NCBI GenBank assembly: GCA_040954595.2
Contig: CM082582.2
Span: 2,712,303 to 2,776,302, forward strand
Reading direction: 5' to 3'
From: Balanoglossus misakiensis
Lineage: Eukaryota > Animalia > Hemichordata
Length of the DNA stretch: 64,000 bases
Part shown: positions 63,987 through 64,000 of the stretch, in pieces
Position numbering within the stretch: position 1 is the first letter of the stretch
Layout: each line of letters begins with the position of its first letter
Translations under genes and position numbers: made by a program
The notes under the pieces: model-generated
Told to the model about the DNA's origin: nothing
Databases searched by the model: none
The model's input: only the letters and a program-made list of their open reading frames with translations

Positions 63987-64000
63987 TTAACAGCATGCAA

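Overview
AT-rich, intron-containing, repeat-dense animal DNA, most likely from a marine invertebrate (a hemichordate- or echinoderm-like deuterostome is my inference). I see no prokaryotic features, and almost all ORFs in the supplied track are spurious. Main contents: (1) 1-14.75 kb is a complex higher-order tandem array of satellite-like subunits and 0.5-1.5 kb blocks. (2) About 23-51.3 kb on the minus strand is a broken copy of the Mediator subunit gene MED25. It has recognisable VWA-domain exons and Q-rich C-terminal exons, a ~5 kb internal tandem duplication, no recognisable ACID-domain exons, and two unrelated calcium-binding EGF exons in the gap. (3) Many non-autonomous DNA transposons can be typed by TIR/TSD: Kolobok, P-like, AcademH-like, PIF/Harbinger, piggyBac-like, Tc1/pogo-like and Helentron-like, plus a LINE 3' fragment. 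(4) Two element families that look unrelated in sequence share a long palindrome capped by tandem GA mismatches and a GCA triloop; one of them inserts without a TSD. (5) About 60.1-63.4 kb on the plus strand is a decayed ~1000-codon gene with RAG1/Transib-like DDE motifs and an internal SAP domain. Homology calls come from motif recognition by eye and from memory; no searches were run.
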